Shown piece after piece: positions 19,463 to 30,062 of a stretch of 64,000 nucleotides of DNA (positions within the stretch are counted from its first letter, which is position 1; every line of letters begins with the position of its first letter). The notes under the pieces were generated by a model that was not told where the DNA came from, searched no databases, and saw nothing but the letters and a program-made list of their open reading frames with translations. The stretch lies in assembly GCA_049968255.1 (NCBI GenBank), contig JBMFRB010000003.1:332477-396476 (forward strand), in the 5' to 3' direction. Origin of the DNA: Candidatus Sumerlaeaceae bacterium. GTDB taxonomy: Bacteria; Sumerlaeota; Sumerlaeia; Sumerlaeales; Sumerlaeaceae. Position numbers and translations under genes: made by a program.

Positions 19463-21092
19463 ACCAACGTTGGATCGGTTGCATCGCGTTGTTTTTTTGG
19501 CGCTGCTCGCCCTGGCCTTGTTTTTGCGTCTATGGCAGATTTGGGACATCCCGCCGGGGCTTTGGTACGACGAGGCGCTCTACTGCCTCAATGCCTTGTC
19601 CATTGGCCGCGGGCATTGGCCGATCTTTTTCATGCTTCACGATCATCCGGTGGAGCCGCTCTATGTCTACACACTGGCCGGCGCGTTCGCGCTCTTCGGC
19701 CCGACGGTCGTCGTTGGGCGAATCGTGAGTGCTCTTTGGGGAACGATCGCAGTAGCGCTGTTTTATCCGATTGGCCGGCGGCTGATGAATGAGCGCTGGG
19801 CGCTCGTGGGCTGTTTCGTCTACGCCGTTTTCCGCTGGCCGCTTCATTTCAGTCGGACCATTTTTCGCGCCGTCACGCCTCCGGTCTTTATCATGCTTGT
19901 CGTCCTCTTCTTCCTTCGTTGGCGCGAGCGTCGCCGAACTTCCGACGCCATGCTTTGTGGCCTCTTTCTCGGGCTTGGCCTTTACACTTACATCTCATTC
20001 CGTCTCGTTCCCCTCCTTTGGCTCGCTTGGGTGGTGTGGCTTGCCTGGCGCGGTGAGATCGTCTGGCGTCGCGATGCCAAAGCGCTTGCCACCATGGTCA
20101 TCACAGCTTTTCTCGTGGGGTCTCCACTCGCTGTAGATTTCTTGTTTCACCCCGCCCACTTTTCTGGTCGCCTTGACGAAGTCTCGATGTTTCACGAACG
20201 CATCGAGCAGAGGCGCCCCGATGGCCGCGTGGAGGTTCACGAAGTGCCCAAACCGCTCTCACAGGTTATTCTTGGGCTGCTTAGGAATGCAGTGGCTGTG
20301 AGCAAAATGTGGACTATCCGCGGCGATCACGTTGGCCGCCACAATTTGCCTTACGAACCAGTGTTTGATTGGGTGAGTGGCATCATCTTTTATATCGGGG
20401 TGCTGTGGGCCATGTGCTACGCATGGCGACGTGAAGCCGCTTTTCTTCCTCTCCTATGGTTACTGACGCTGTTGGCAGCTAGCGTGTTTTCCTTCGGAGC
20501 GCCAAACATTCTGCGCACGCAAGGCGCCATTCCCGCTGTCGTGCTGCTTTACCTTCGCGGGTTGCATATCACGGCGGCTGCGCTGCAGCGCTGGACTTCA
20601 CGTCGCACCGCCGCTGCGGTCAGTGCGATTTTGCTGCTTTGGTTCGCAGTGGTGCAGCTCGATACTTATTTTCGCCGTTTTGCAGTTTCACCTGTCGTGC
20701 GAAATGAATTCCTCACCGACACGTTTTACGAGCCAGCGCGCGCAGCACGTTTGATCTCTCCCGATGTTCGCGAGGTGTGGGTATCGCGAGACCTCGCGGA
20801 TCATCTCACTTTTCAATTCGTTACCTACGGGCTGAAGAACATCCGCAAGTATGACGTGCTGGGCGACGCCCTGAGCTCGGCCACGCCACCTGCCGCTCTG
20901 ATGGCGACCACCATGGTGCTCCAAAAGCAAGCGCAACATGGTGATCCAAGGGAGCTGCTGGCGCGCCATAAGACGCGCCTCCAGCGCGAATTCTCGGTTT
21001 TGGCGCCAACCACCGAGGGCCAATGGACGCGTGTGCCATTCGCTTATCTCTGGATTCTTCCCATAGATTCTGCCAGCAAAGAAGTACGGTGA
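19452..21092 (+). CDS. ArnT/PMT-like GT-C membrane glycosyltransferase
   Basis: LRLWQI...PPGLWYDEA loop motif, GLGLYTY...R, many TM segments, periplasmic C-terminal part. Confidence 0.85.
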   Translation: MAHKPTLDRLHRVVFLALLALALFLRLWQIWDIPPGLWYDEALYCLNALSIGRGHWPIFFMLHDHPVEPLYVYTLAGAFALFGPTVVVGRIVSALWGTIAVALFYPIGRRLMNERWALVGCFVYAVFRWPLHFSRTIFRAVTPPVFIMLVVLFFLRWRERRRTSDAMLCGLFLGLGLYTYISFRLVPLLWLAWVVWLAWRGEIVWRRDAKALATMVITAFLVGSPLAVDFLFHPAHFSGRLDEVSMFHERIEQRRPDGRVEVHEVPKPLSQVILGLLRNAVAVSKMWTIRGDHVGRHNLPYEPVFDWVSGIIFYIGVLWAMCYAWRREAAFLPLLWLLTLLAASVFSFGAPNILRTQGAIPAVVLLYLRGLHITAAALQRWTSRRTAAAVSAILLLWFAVVQLDTYFRRFAVSPVVRNEFLTDTFYEPARAARLISPDVREVWVSRDLADHLTFQFVTYGLKNIRKYDVLGDALSSATPPAALMATTMVLQKQAQHGDPRELLARHKTRLQREFSVLAPTTEGQWTRVPFAYLWILPIDSASKEVR

Positions 21093-21101
21093 AACTAAGT
21101 C

Positions 21102-22295
21102 ATGGCGCATGAGCGAGACGGTGCGTTGGCAAAAGTGATATATCTCGACAACTGTGCGACAACCCCCTTGGACCCGATTGCTGCTCGCGAGCTCACACGC
21201 GTGGCCGCAGAGTGCTTCGGGAACCCTTCGAGCATTCATGCCGTTGGTCGTTGCGCAGCTCGCGAGTTGGATGCAGCGCGTGGCGCACTGGCAGAGACCG
21301 TTGGGGCAAAGCCCTCGGAAATTGTTTTCACATCGAGCGGGACCGAGGCAAATAATTTCGTGATCGCTTCGGTTGTTCACGCGGCCGTAAGCCGCGGTGA
21401 GCGCGTGCACATTGTGACCTCTGCGGTGGAACACGCCAGCGTGCTCAAACGACTCGAGTACGAGATACGCGAACACGGCGATCGCGTCGAAGTGACTTAT
21501 GTCGGCGTCGACAGCGTCGGGCGTGTGCGTCTTGATGAGCTACGGCGCGCCATTCGCGACGAGACGCGGCTGATCTCCATTCTTCATTGCAACAACGAAA
21601 CGGGTACGTTGCAGGATCTACACGCTCTCTCGGCGCTGCGCCTTGCTTATCCGCAGGTGCTCCTGCATCTCGACATCGTCCAGAGCTACACGAAGGTGCC
21701 CTTCGACGTCCGGATTTATCCGGCCGATTTTCTCACCGTCTCAGGGCATAAAGTGTATGGCCCTAAAGGAATTGGCTTTGTCTACGTTCGCCAGGGAACG
21801 CCAGTCGAACCATTGCTCGTGGGGGGCGCGCAGGAGCGTTTCCGGCGAGGCGGAACGGAAAATGTCCCTGCCGCTGCAGCATTTGCAGCTGCCGTCCGCT
21901 CAATTCCTCCGCACACGGAATTGGCTGCACGCTACGCGCACTTCGAGCGAACGTTCTTTGCAAAGCTGGACGAAGAGGGATGTGAGTACCGACTCAATGG
22001 CCCGGCGGATCACGAACGGCGTCTACCAGGCATTTTTAATATTTCATTTCGAGGAATTGCTAACAAAGAGGATCTTCTCGTCGCTTGCGATCTTGAAGGC
22101 GTTATGGTCTCGAGCACTTCTGCTTGTCATTCGGGTGTGGTCAGCGATTCGCACGTTCTTGCTGCCATGGGAGTGCCCGAAACAGAGCGCCGGGGAGCTA
22201 TTCGGGTGGCATTCAACAAATTCCATCGCGAGGAGGACGTCGCTGAAGCAGCCCGCTTGATCGCGCGGTGTGCCAAGCGAGTGGCGGTTCGGTGA
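21102..22295 (+). CDS. iscS: Group I cysteine desulfurase (IscS/NifS type)
   Basis: IYLDNCATTP, FGNPSSIH, SGTEANN, NNETG, SGHKVYGPKG, GGTENV, SSTSACHSG. Confidence 0.9.
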   Translation: MAHERDGALAKVIYLDNCATTPLDPIAARELTRVAAECFGNPSSIHAVGRCAARELDAARGALAETVGAKPSEIVFTSSGTEANNFVIASVVHAAVSRGERVHIVTSAVEHASVLKRLEYEIREHGDRVEVTYVGVDSVGRVRLDELRRAIRDETRLISILHCNNETGTLQDLHALSALRLAYPQVLLHLDIVQSYTKVPFDVRIYPADFLTVSGHKVYGPKGIGFVYVRQGTPVEPLLVGGAQERFRRGGTENVPAAAAFAAAVRSIPPHTELAARYAHFERTFFAKLDEEGCEYRLNGPADHERRLPGIFNISFRGIANKEDLLVACDLEGVMVSSTSACHSGVVSDSHVLAAMGVPETERRGAIRVAFNKFHREEDVAEAARLIARCAKRVAVR

Positions 22296-22431
22296 GCGCA
22301 TCGGGCCAGAGTGTGGCGATCATACCAAAAACGTCGCAGTGGGAATCTTTGATTGAAATTCATTCGGATATACGAGCCGAACGATTTGCAAGCAAAGCGT
22401 GCTCCATATCGTTGAAGGACTCGAACGACTC

Positions 22432-23133
22432 ATGCGCATTGTTGTGACATTGCCGACTTATAACGAGGCAGAGAATATTCAACCGCTTGTTGAGGAACTG
22501 CTTGCTCTTGGTGATGAATTCGAAGTTCTGGTCATTGATGACGATTCTCCAGACCGGACATGGGACATTGTCATGCGAATGAGCAAGACGAATCCGGGGG
22601 TGCATCTGATTCGCCGAATCGGCGAACGCGGGCGCGGCACAGCAGGACTTGTTGGCTTTAGGTGGGCGCGCGACAACGGCGCTGATGCTGTTGTCGAGAT
22701 GGATGCCGATTTCTCTCACCAGCCGCGCTTCATTCCCTCTTTACTCGAACCAATCCGCGCTGGCGAAGCCAACATCGTCATTGGCTCGCGTCTTGTCAAA
22801 GGGGGCAAAGAGATTGGCCGCTCACCGATCCGCACCCTCATTACCCTGTTCGCTAACGCCTACATACGGACAGTTCTAGGATTGCGCATTCGCGACTGTA
22901 CGAGCGGATTCCGAGTGTTTGATCGCAGGGCACTGGAGAGCCTCCCTTGGGAAAAAATGCGCTGCCGCGGGCCCGAGATCGTGCAGGAAGTCCTTCACGA
23001 AGCGCGCAAAATTGGCCTCAGTATGGTGGAGCGACCAATAGTGTTCGAAGAGCGTCGCGCCGGTCAATCCACATTCAATGTGAAAATCATGTTACGAAGT
23101 TTGCTTTATATGCTGCGATTGCGGTTTCAATGA
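22432..23133 (+). CDS. Polyprenol-phosphate glycosyltransferase (DPM1/Ppm1-like GT2)
   Basis: LPTYNEAENI, IDDDSPDRT, EMDADFSHQP, IGSR, DCTSGFR, FEERRAGQS. Confidence 0.9.
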   Translation: MRIVVTLPTYNEAENIQPLVEELLALGDEFEVLVIDDDSPDRTWDIVMRMSKTNPGVHLIRRIGERGRGTAGLVGFRWARDNGADAVVEMDADFSHQPRFIPSLLEPIRAGEANIVIGSRLVKGGKEIGRSPIRTLITLFANAYIRTVLGLRIRDCTSGFRVFDRRALESLPWEKMRCRGPEIVQEVLHEARKIGLSMVERPIVFEERRAGQSTFNVKIMLRSLLYMLRLRFQ

Positions 23134-24203
23134 GCCGTTTAGAAAAATCATGGCAGCGCTACGCCCGTTGGCTCATGCCGCTCGGTTCGGCCTACGCTGC
23201 AGCCATGCGCCTTCGGGCCAGCGCTTTCCGTCGCGGCATCCTTCAGCAGCGCCGCGCCAGCCTGCCTGTTGTGAGCGTAGGGAATTTGCACCTGGGCGGA
23301 AGCGGAAAAACGCCAGTGGTCGAATGGCTTGCCCGCGCTCTTACGCAAAAGGGCTATCGCCCCGCCATCGTGTCACGCGGCTATGGCCGACGCACTGCGC
23401 CGCATCAATTAGTGGTCGTCAGCGATGGCTATGCCCTTCAGGCGTCTCCAGAAGCTGGCGGCGACGAGCCGGTCATGCTTGCGAAGGCACTGCCAGCCGT
23501 TCCTATCGTTGTGTGTGGCGACCGCTACCGTGCCGCCCTTTTCGTGGCCGAGCACACGAGGGCTGACTGCATTATTCTTGACGATGGGTTTCAGCACCTT
23601 GCTCTCGCGCGGGATTTTGACCTCGTGCTGCTCGACGCCAGCATTTGCCACCAACGTGTTTTTCCAGCAGGCTACCTGCGCGAGCCACTCAGCGCTTTGT
23701 CGCGCGCCGACGCCTTTGTTCTGCCCGCCACGGCCCAAAACGAAAAAGATTTCCTGAATTGGCTCGAGCGCACACTTCCGGAGCGCCCTCAGTTTTGGAT
23801 GCAAGCCGCGGCCCAGCAGATTGAATGTCCTTCCACAGGTGAGATTGTGCCTCCCACTCAGCTAGCGGGGACGCGTGTGCTTGGATTTGCGGGAATCGCT
23901 GCACCCCAGCGGTTTTTTGACACCTTGCGAAAGCTTGGCCTGGACGTCGTGGAGCAAGCATTCGAAGATCATGCCTGCTACACGCGCCAACAGTTGGCCG
24001 GTCTTATCGAGCAAGCGCGCTGCCTTGGCTGTGCAGCTCTCATCACCACCGCGAAGGACGCCGTAAAGATACCGCCCGAAATGATGAGCGGTCAGCTCCC
24101 GCTCTACGTGCTACGCCTAAGCGTTGACATTGAACCTAAAGACGAATTGCTAAAGGCAATCCTTGCTCGTTTCGAGATCGGTCAGCGGCTTGGGGCAGCT
24201 TAG
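23130..24203 (+). CDS. lpxK: Tetraacyldisaccharide 4'-kinase
   Basis: [60 protein letters not shown]. Confidence 0.95.
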   Translation: MSRLEKSWQRYARWLMPLGSAYAAAMRLRASAFRRGILQQRRASLPVVSVGNLHLGGSGKTPVVEWLARALTQKGYRPAIVSRGYGRRTAPHQLVVVSDGYALQASPEAGGDEPVMLAKALPAVPIVVCGDRYRAALFVAEHTRADCIILDDGFQHLALARDFDLVLLDASICHQRVFPAGYLREPLSALSRADAFVLPATAQNEKDFLNWLERTLPERPQFWMQAAAQQIECPSTGEIVPPTQLAGTRVLGFAGIAAPQRFFDTLRKLGLDVVEQAFEDHACYTRQQLAGLIEQARCLGCAALITTAKDAVKIPPEMMSGQLPLYVLRLSVDIEPKDELLKAILARFEIGQRLGAA

Positions 24204-24357
24204 GACAAGCCGAGCTCTCATCAACTTTGTGTCATCGGAGCAATCGAGCTCGGCCGAATGAATCTCGTCATGCATAAGTAATAATTGATGAAAGCGGCCG
24301 GGACTGAGGAAGCCTCGACCACCTTCCAGCACGACGTAGCGGAAGGAGGTGAAACGC

Positions 24358-24594
24358 ATGGGCTTCGTAGACAAACACACGATCCCCGGGGCGTGCATGT
24401 TGCTCGAGTGCAAGAAGACCTCGACAGACGAGGAGAGCGTTGATCTGTCGGCCTATGATGACGGGCTGCTCAAAGAGGGCGGCGACTATATCTGTGGACT
24501 GACGGGCCGCGTGAATGGGCCGGATTATCGTCCAGCCGATCCCGAGCACTGCCGCAAAGGTCGACCGTGCTTCAAGCAACACATGATGTTCTAG
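24358..24594 (+). CDS. Small Cys-containing hypothetical protein (78 aa)
   Basis: Strong SD AAGGAGGTG just upstream of ATG 24358; five Cys and an acidic middle segment. Confidence 0.7.
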   Translation: MGFVDKHTIPGACMLLECKKTSTDEESVDLSAYDDGLLKEGGDYICGLTGRVNGPDYRPADPEHCRKGRPCFKQHMMF

Positions 24595-24859
24595 CCAAAT
24601 GCCGGGGGGCAAGGAGATGGAGCGCGGACAGGAAAAGAGGCGGAGGGATTGTTTTGCCTTTTCACGGCGTTACCCCCTTGTTTGGAGTTTTCCCCCAGTG
24701 TGTTCGAATTGCTCGCTCTTCTGTCTGAATAACGCAACGCAAGATGTTTTCCCCCCTCGCCACCCCTTTGTTGCGCATTAGCGTGCGGGTTAACAAGCCC
24801 GCAGACAAACGAGACGTATTGTGTCCAGAATTTTTCCGTGGCCGATGTAATCCCTAAAC

Positions 24860-26056
24860 ATGATTAGTGTCTCAAAACTCCTCTGCGATTCGGGCTCCTT
24901 TGGCGACACCCTGCGTTACGCCCGTCACAGCGTTGGTGCCACAGCAGGCGCCACTTGCAACCGCGGGCCGGTGGTCGTGTGGAATTGCACTCGCTCGTGC
25001 AACTTGCGATGCCTCCACTGCTACTACGCTTCTGAACCCCTGCTGCCTTCGCCGACTGAGCTCAGCACGCAAGAGGCACAGCGTTTCATTGATGACCTTG
25101 CCGCATTCCGTGTGCCGGTGCTCTTGATATCTGGTGGCGAGCCCCTTGTGCGGCGCGATATCCTCGACTTAGCCGCTTATGCGGCCGACAAAGGGATTCG
25201 CGTCACGTTCTCCACAAACGGCACGCTCCTCACGCGCGACATAGTCAAGCGCCTGAAGCAGATCGGTGTCGGTTATGTCGGCATCAGCTTCGACGGCGTG
25301 GGTTCCGTGCATGATTATTTCCGTGCTCGTGATGGTGCGTTTGCTGCCTCGCTGGCCGGCGTACGCTTGTGCCTTGAAGAAGGCCAAAAAGTTGGGGTGC
25401 GTTTCACCATGAACCGTCACAATCGGGAGGAACTCCCCCGGATTTTCGACTTCATCGAGGCCGAACGGATCCCGCGCGCATGCTTTTATCATCTTGTTTA
25501 CAGTGGCCGTGGGGCACAGTTGCGCGAATACGACCTGACGCATGAAGAAACGCGGCGTGCCGTCGATTTGATCATCGAGCGGACCGAGGCCATGGCGGCA
25601 GACGGACAATCGCGCGAAATCCTCACAGTCGATAATCACGCTGACGGCGTTTACATCTATCTCACGCTCTTACGGCGCGGCTCTCCGCGAGCTGAAACCG
25701 TACGGCAGCTTCTCGAAGCTAACGGTGGAAATCGCAGTGGAATTGCGATTGCGGCAGTGGACCATGAAGGCAATGTTCATCCTGATCAATTCTCGACGAA
25801 TCACACCCTGGGCAATATCCGCGAGCGTCCCTTCAGCCTGATCTGGAGCCAAAGTGAGCATCCGCTGCTTGCTGCGCTGCGGCGTCGAAAGCAATTACTG
25901 AAAGGCAGGTGCAGAGCCTGTAAATGGCTATCGCTTTGCAACGGCAATTTTCGCGCGCGGGCCGAAGCAGTTTATGGAGATTATTGGGCGCCGGATCCTG
26001 CCTGCTACCTTACCGACGAAGAAATTGGCGTCGCATCTGCGTCAGCGAGTGCCTGA
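24860..26056 (+). CDS. ahbC: Radical SAM/SPASM protein, AhbC/NirJ1-like (Fe-coproporphyrin III synthase)
   Basis: MISVSKLLC...DTLRY N-terminus, PVVVWNCTRSCNLRCLHC, LTVDNHADG, GGNRSG, VHPDQF, CRACKWLSLCNGNFRARA, DPACY. Confidence 0.85.
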   Translation: MISVSKLLCDSGSFGDTLRYARHSVGATAGATCNRGPVVVWNCTRSCNLRCLHCYYASEPLLPSPTELSTQEAQRFIDDLAAFRVPVLLISGGEPLVRRDILDLAAYAADKGIRVTFSTNGTLLTRDIVKRLKQIGVGYVGISFDGVGSVHDYFRARDGAFAASLAGVRLCLEEGQKVGVRFTMNRHNREELPRIFDFIEAERIPRACFYHLVYSGRGAQLREYDLTHEETRRAVDLIIERTEAMAADGQSREILTVDNHADGVYIYLTLLRRGSPRAETVRQLLEANGGNRSGIAIAAVDHEGNVHPDQFSTNHTLGNIRERPFSLIWSQSEHPLLAALRRRKQLLKGRCRACKWLSLCNGNFRARAEAVYGDYWAPDPACYLTDEEIGVASASASA

Positions 26057-26219
26057 GCCCAACTGCTGAAAAGTTCGGGTTGTGCGAGCTTTGTGTCGCG
26101 CGCATCAATACCCGAGCCAAGCGCTCTCGCGCGTGAAGGGAGCACGGGAGGCTCCGCCCTTGAGAGCGCGTGCATCACAGCCAACCGATCCCTCATGCCG
26201 TGCCCAGGCGGATGCTGAC

Positions 26220-27194
26220 TCACACGCTCCGTGCGCTAAGCTCTTTTTTCATGATGGCAAAACGGCGCGTCATCGTGAATCCAAGCCGCCCGTACACACC
26301 CTTGAGGGCGCGTTCGCCTGTCCACAGCACCCACGCACTGTGATAACCACTGAGCCGCATTTGATAAAGTGTCCGCGCGAGCAGGACGGAGCCAATTCCA
26401 CGTCCCTGATAAGCATCTGCCACACCAAAAGGGCCGAAATGTTCTCGTTCGTTTTGGCAAAAGCCGATAATGTTCCCTTGATCAAGCGCCAGCCAGATTG
26501 CCTCGGGGGGGAAGCGTCCATGCGTCATTTCAATGAGATTCCGGCGGGCGTCCTCGACCCAAGGCCCAGGCATGTGCTCGCGTTGAAATTCGATGTAGTC
26601 CACAAGATCATCGGGCTCGTAATGTCGGACAATGATGCCCTGAGCTGCCAACTCACGCTCCTTTGCTAGAACGTCGGGCGGAATCTCGAATTTCGAGATG
26701 AGCGCGTCTGCCGCGATGCCCTCGGAGTACTCGACGAACCCCCGTTTCTGCAGGAAGGCCACGCCCTCTGCGTAGCGATCCTTGTCCACTCCGGGCACAA
26801 AATAATTCGGTGTGTAAGGAGCGATACAGATGATCCGGCGCTGGTGTTTGCGGAAAAACCCCTCCGCCGCCTCCAGAAGCGCGCTTCCTACGCCGCGATG
26901 CCGATAGTTCGGATGAACCCCAAAGACCGTGATAAACCCCGTATCCTCGCGGTGCCCCACTTTTTCGATAGGCTTCACAAGCACGAAGCAGGTGATAAAT
27001 CCTACAACCTCCCCTTCGGATGTTGCGACGATAAGGCTATCGCGTTCGTAGTTTTGATCAAGCAGCACCTTACGCTCAAAAATCTCGCGCGTCACGCCGT
27101 CAAGCGGCAGCGCCGCTTCCCAACAACGCAGCAAGCTCACCGTGTCGCGCCCCTCGAATCGCCTGATTTCTATCCCATCTGGCTGGTTCGGCAT
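26220..27194 (-). CDS. Tandem GNAT acetyltransferase
   Basis: Two acetyl-CoA motifs (VHPNYRHRGVGSALL; VADAYQGRGIGSVLL), YGRLGF; ATG preceded by GGAGAG. Confidence 0.88.
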   Translation of the reverse strand: MPNQPDGIEIRRFEGRDTVSLLRCWEAALPLDGVTREIFERKVLLDQNYERDSLIVATSEGEVVGFITCFVLVKPIEKVGHREDTGFITVFGVHPNYRHRGVGSALLEAAEGFFRKHQRRIICIAPYTPNYFVPGVDKDRYAEGVAFLQKRGFVEYSEGIAADALISKFEIPPDVLAKERELAAQGIIVRHYEPDDLVDYIEFQREHMPGPWVEDARRNLIEMTHGRFPPEAIWLALDQGNIIGFCQNEREHFGPFGVADAYQGRGIGSVLLARTLYQMRLSGYHSAWVLWTGERALKGVYGRLGFTMTRRFAIMKKELSARSV

Positions 27195-27486
27195 CTCTCC
27201 TACCCTTTCTGCGTCGTCAACGTTGGCCGCATGTTTCGCCTGTTGCAAACACTCGACGCCAATAAACTCTTGAGCTCTCCGCTGGCATGACCCGCTAGCG
27301 AGCGCAACCAAAATTCAGCTTTTGCAGGGTCACATTCTCCGACGCCGCCATAACCACTCAGACGCTGAATAAAACCCCTTGCACATGGTTTTTCCGCGGC
27401 GGAAGTTTTCGCGCTCGGTTGACTACCTCGTTTTCTTCTGGGTGGGAGCACCGAGATCTACGATTCAAAAGATTCGAGGACAAAGA

Positions 27487-27861
27487 ATGCCGACGATTAA
27501 CCAATTGGTTCGCAAAGGCCGCAGGCGCGTGAAGAGCAAAACCAGCTCGCCTGCGTTGCAGGGGTGTCCCTTCAAGCGTGGTGTCTGCACGCGCGTCTAC
27601 ACCACCACGCCCAAGAAACCAAATTCAGCCCTGCGCAAAGTGGCGCGTGTGCGCCTGACGAACGGCATGGAAGTGACGGCTTATATCCCAGGTGAAGGCC
27701 ATAATTTACAGGAGCACTCCATTGTGCTCATCCGCGGGGGCCGCGTGAAGGATCTCCCCGGTATTCGTTACCACATTGTGCGTGGCGTTCTCGATTGCCA
27801 AGGTGTGGCGAATCGCAAGAAGAGCCGCTCGAAGTACGGCACAAAGCGCCCAAAGAGCTAA
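27487..27861 (+). CDS. rpsL: 30S ribosomal protein S12
   Basis: [49 protein letters not shown]. Confidence 0.99.
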   Translation: MPTINQLVRKGRRRVKSKTSSPALQGCPFKRGVCTRVYTTTPKKPNSALRKVARVRLTNGMEVTAYIPGEGHNLQEHSIVLIRGGRVKDLPGIRYHIVRGVLDCQGVANRKKSRSKYGTKRPKS

Positions 27862-28005
27862 ACCGCTTGCCCTTTTGCGCGTAATAAAATTTCGAGCACG
27901 ACGCATCGAGCCGGGAAGTGCTTCTTGCGCCGTGCTCTTCGTTTTTATGCTGCTGATGAACGCCAGGGGTTGATAAGATTCCTCGCGTCAGAAAGGATGC
28001 GGCCG

Positions 28006-28554
28006 ATGAGCGAACAATTCCCAGTGTTTCATGCCACCACAGTCCTTGCAGTGAGGCGCAATGGCCAAACGGCTGTTGCAGGCGATGGACAAGTGACCCT
28101 CGGCACCACGGTGATGAAAGCCGGAGCCCGCAAAGTCCGCCGCATCTATGATGGCAAAGTCGTGTGTGGATTTGCCGGTGCTGCGGCCGACGCTTTCGCC
28201 CTCTTTGACCGGCTTGAGGCTCGTGTGCAAGAGTATCGCGGCAACCTCGTGCGCGCCGCTGTTGAGCTGGCGAAAGATTGGCGCACCGATAAATATCTGC
28301 GTCGGCTCGAAGCCATGCTGGTCGCCGCCGACGTCGAACATCTCCTTCTGCTTAGCGGAACGGGAGAAATCATCGAGCCCGATGATGACCTCGTGGCCAT
28401 TGGATCCGGTGGTCCTTATGCTCTTGCGGCAGCTCGGGCGCTCGTTGCTCACACGCAGATGCGGGCCCCGGAAATCGCCTATGAAGCATTGCGCATAGCC
28501 GCCAGTTTGTGCATTTACACGAACGATCACATCGTCGTGGAAACGCTGCCTTAG
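28006..28554 (+). CDS. hslV: ATP-dependent protease peptidase subunit HslV/ClpQ
   Basis: [10 protein letters not shown] (catalytic Thr), [43 protein letters not shown]. Confidence 0.97.
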   Translation: MSEQFPVFHATTVLAVRRNGQTAVAGDGQVTLGTTVMKAGARKVRRIYDGKVVCGFAGAAADAFALFDRLEARVQEYRGNLVRAAVELAKDWRTDKYLRRLEAMLVAADVEHLLLLSGTGEIIEPDDDLVAIGSGGPYALAAARALVAHTQMRAPEIAYEALRIAASLCIYTNDHIVVETLP

Positions 28555-29681
28555 CCCTGCATGTTGGCCTTGTGCATCTGCGTTCGCGATGCGGAGGGAG
28601 AAATCTCAATGACCACCTTTGCCTCATACTGGGCCGCGTGAATTGACTCTGCCGTTTTTTCCAGAGAAAAGCGCGCCGTGATCCAACCGGCAGTCGGCAT
28701 TCCGTGTTCCACCATGAACTGAATCGCTTTTTCGAACGGCCCACAGCGCGAGCCTTGCAGGCGGACCTCATCTACGGCCAGCATTGTCGTATCAAGGGAT
28801 CGTGTAGGCACGCCTGGCGTAGATTTCAGCGCGATTGTGCCTTGCGGGCGCACCAGTTTGCTCGCGAGCGTCAGTTTCTGGGGATCACCGGTTGCTTCCA
28901 CCACCATGTCCGCCCCGAGTCCTTTCGTCCAGTGACTCACCAGCATCGCCAATTCATCTTCTGACTGCACGCTGATAATCTTGCCTCGCGAGCCGCTGTG
29001 GGCACCCTCCCCATCGAAACACACGCCACGCGTGAAAAGATCCTTCAGAGGGAAAAGCGAAGTTGCGCGACGCGTTACCGCGATGACACGATAGCCGTAT
29101 TTGGCGGCCACGAGCGTAACAAGTTTACCAAGGCGTCCGGCGCCAAGAACAACAATCCAGCCACCCCCCTCTGGCGCTGAAAGCTCGAAGGTGCGAATGG
29201 CGGCTGCTAGCGGCTCGACGAAAATCGCAGCATCAAGCGCAATGCTATCCGGCAAGCTATGAACGCAACCGACGGGCACACGCACAAACTGGGCAAAGGC
29301 ACCATCGTGATTGACAATACCCACAACCGAGCGGCGCTGACAGTGATTTACAAGACCCCGTCGGCATGCCGCGCACAAGGTTCGCGAACGCCGCGCCACG
29401 CACGTTGCATTGATCTCTGCCACCACGCGTTTGCCCAAAAGGGCGCGTGCTTCGCGACCTCGGCCAGCGTCCACCACACGGCCACTGAATTCGTGTCCGA
29501 GCACCAGTGGCAGTGGGACTCGATAATTGCCCGAGTAAATGGCAACGTCCGTTCCGCACACACCGGCGTACGCGACTTCGATCAGCACCTCGTGAGCCGC
29601 CAGAGGAAGTTCCACTTGTCGCTTTCTGATCTCGATGTGCTGAGGTTCCTCCAGCACAGCCGCAAAATAGGTCGCTGCCAT
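28551..29681 (-). CDS. Zinc-dependent MDR alcohol dehydrogenase (TDH/sorbitol DH-like)
   Basis: GVCGTD, LGHEFSG, structural Zn Cys cluster, EPLA, GAGRLG, EATG. Confidence 0.92.
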   Translation of the reverse strand: MAATYFAAVLEEPQHIEIRKRQVELPLAAHEVLIEVAYAGVCGTDVAIYSGNYRVPLPLVLGHEFSGRVVDAGRGREARALLGKRVVAEINATCVARRSRTLCAACRRGLVNHCQRRSVVGIVNHDGAFAQFVRVPVGCVHSLPDSIALDAAIFVEPLAAAIRTFELSAPEGGGWIVVLGAGRLGKLVTLVAAKYGYRVIAVTRRATSLFPLKDLFTRGVCFDGEGAHSGSRGKIISVQSEDELAMLVSHWTKGLGADMVVEATGDPQKLTLASKLVRPQGTIALKSTPGVPTRSLDTTMLAVDEVRLQGSRCGPFEKAIQFMVEHGMPTAGWITARFSLEKTAESIHAAQYEAKVVIEISPSASRTQMHKANMQG

Positions 29682-30062
29682 CTAAGTTCCTTTCTCCGCG
29701 TGGCATCGTCAAGGCGCACCGCTGCCCTGGCCCTCTGAGAGCAGCTCCTTGCGCCAAGTCACACTTGAGGTATTGCAGAGGCCACACCGCCGGCCTGACA
29801 AGCCAGATTTTGAAACTGCAAAAACAGGACGACCATGGTGCATTTTTTGTTGCCTTGCTTGCGCCTTACTAACCATACTGAGAGCCAGAAGATTGCAGAA
29901 TTGGACGCGTGACACTCGTATGTTCTCTGCGAAATTTCTGTGGCACAAGCGCGATTTGTGCGAATATAAGAGAGGAAGTTGAACACTCTCAAAGGAACAT
30001 AACTTGAACACCGCAAATCCTCATAACGTACAAACCCTTTCAGAAAGTCTGGAGAATCTCTT

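Noticed and set aside
29682-30062. Cobalamin riboswitch or sigma-54 promoter before the B12-rSAM gene
   Set aside because: No B12-box/GCCACTG; TGGCAC at 29941 lacks a correctly spaced TTGC.
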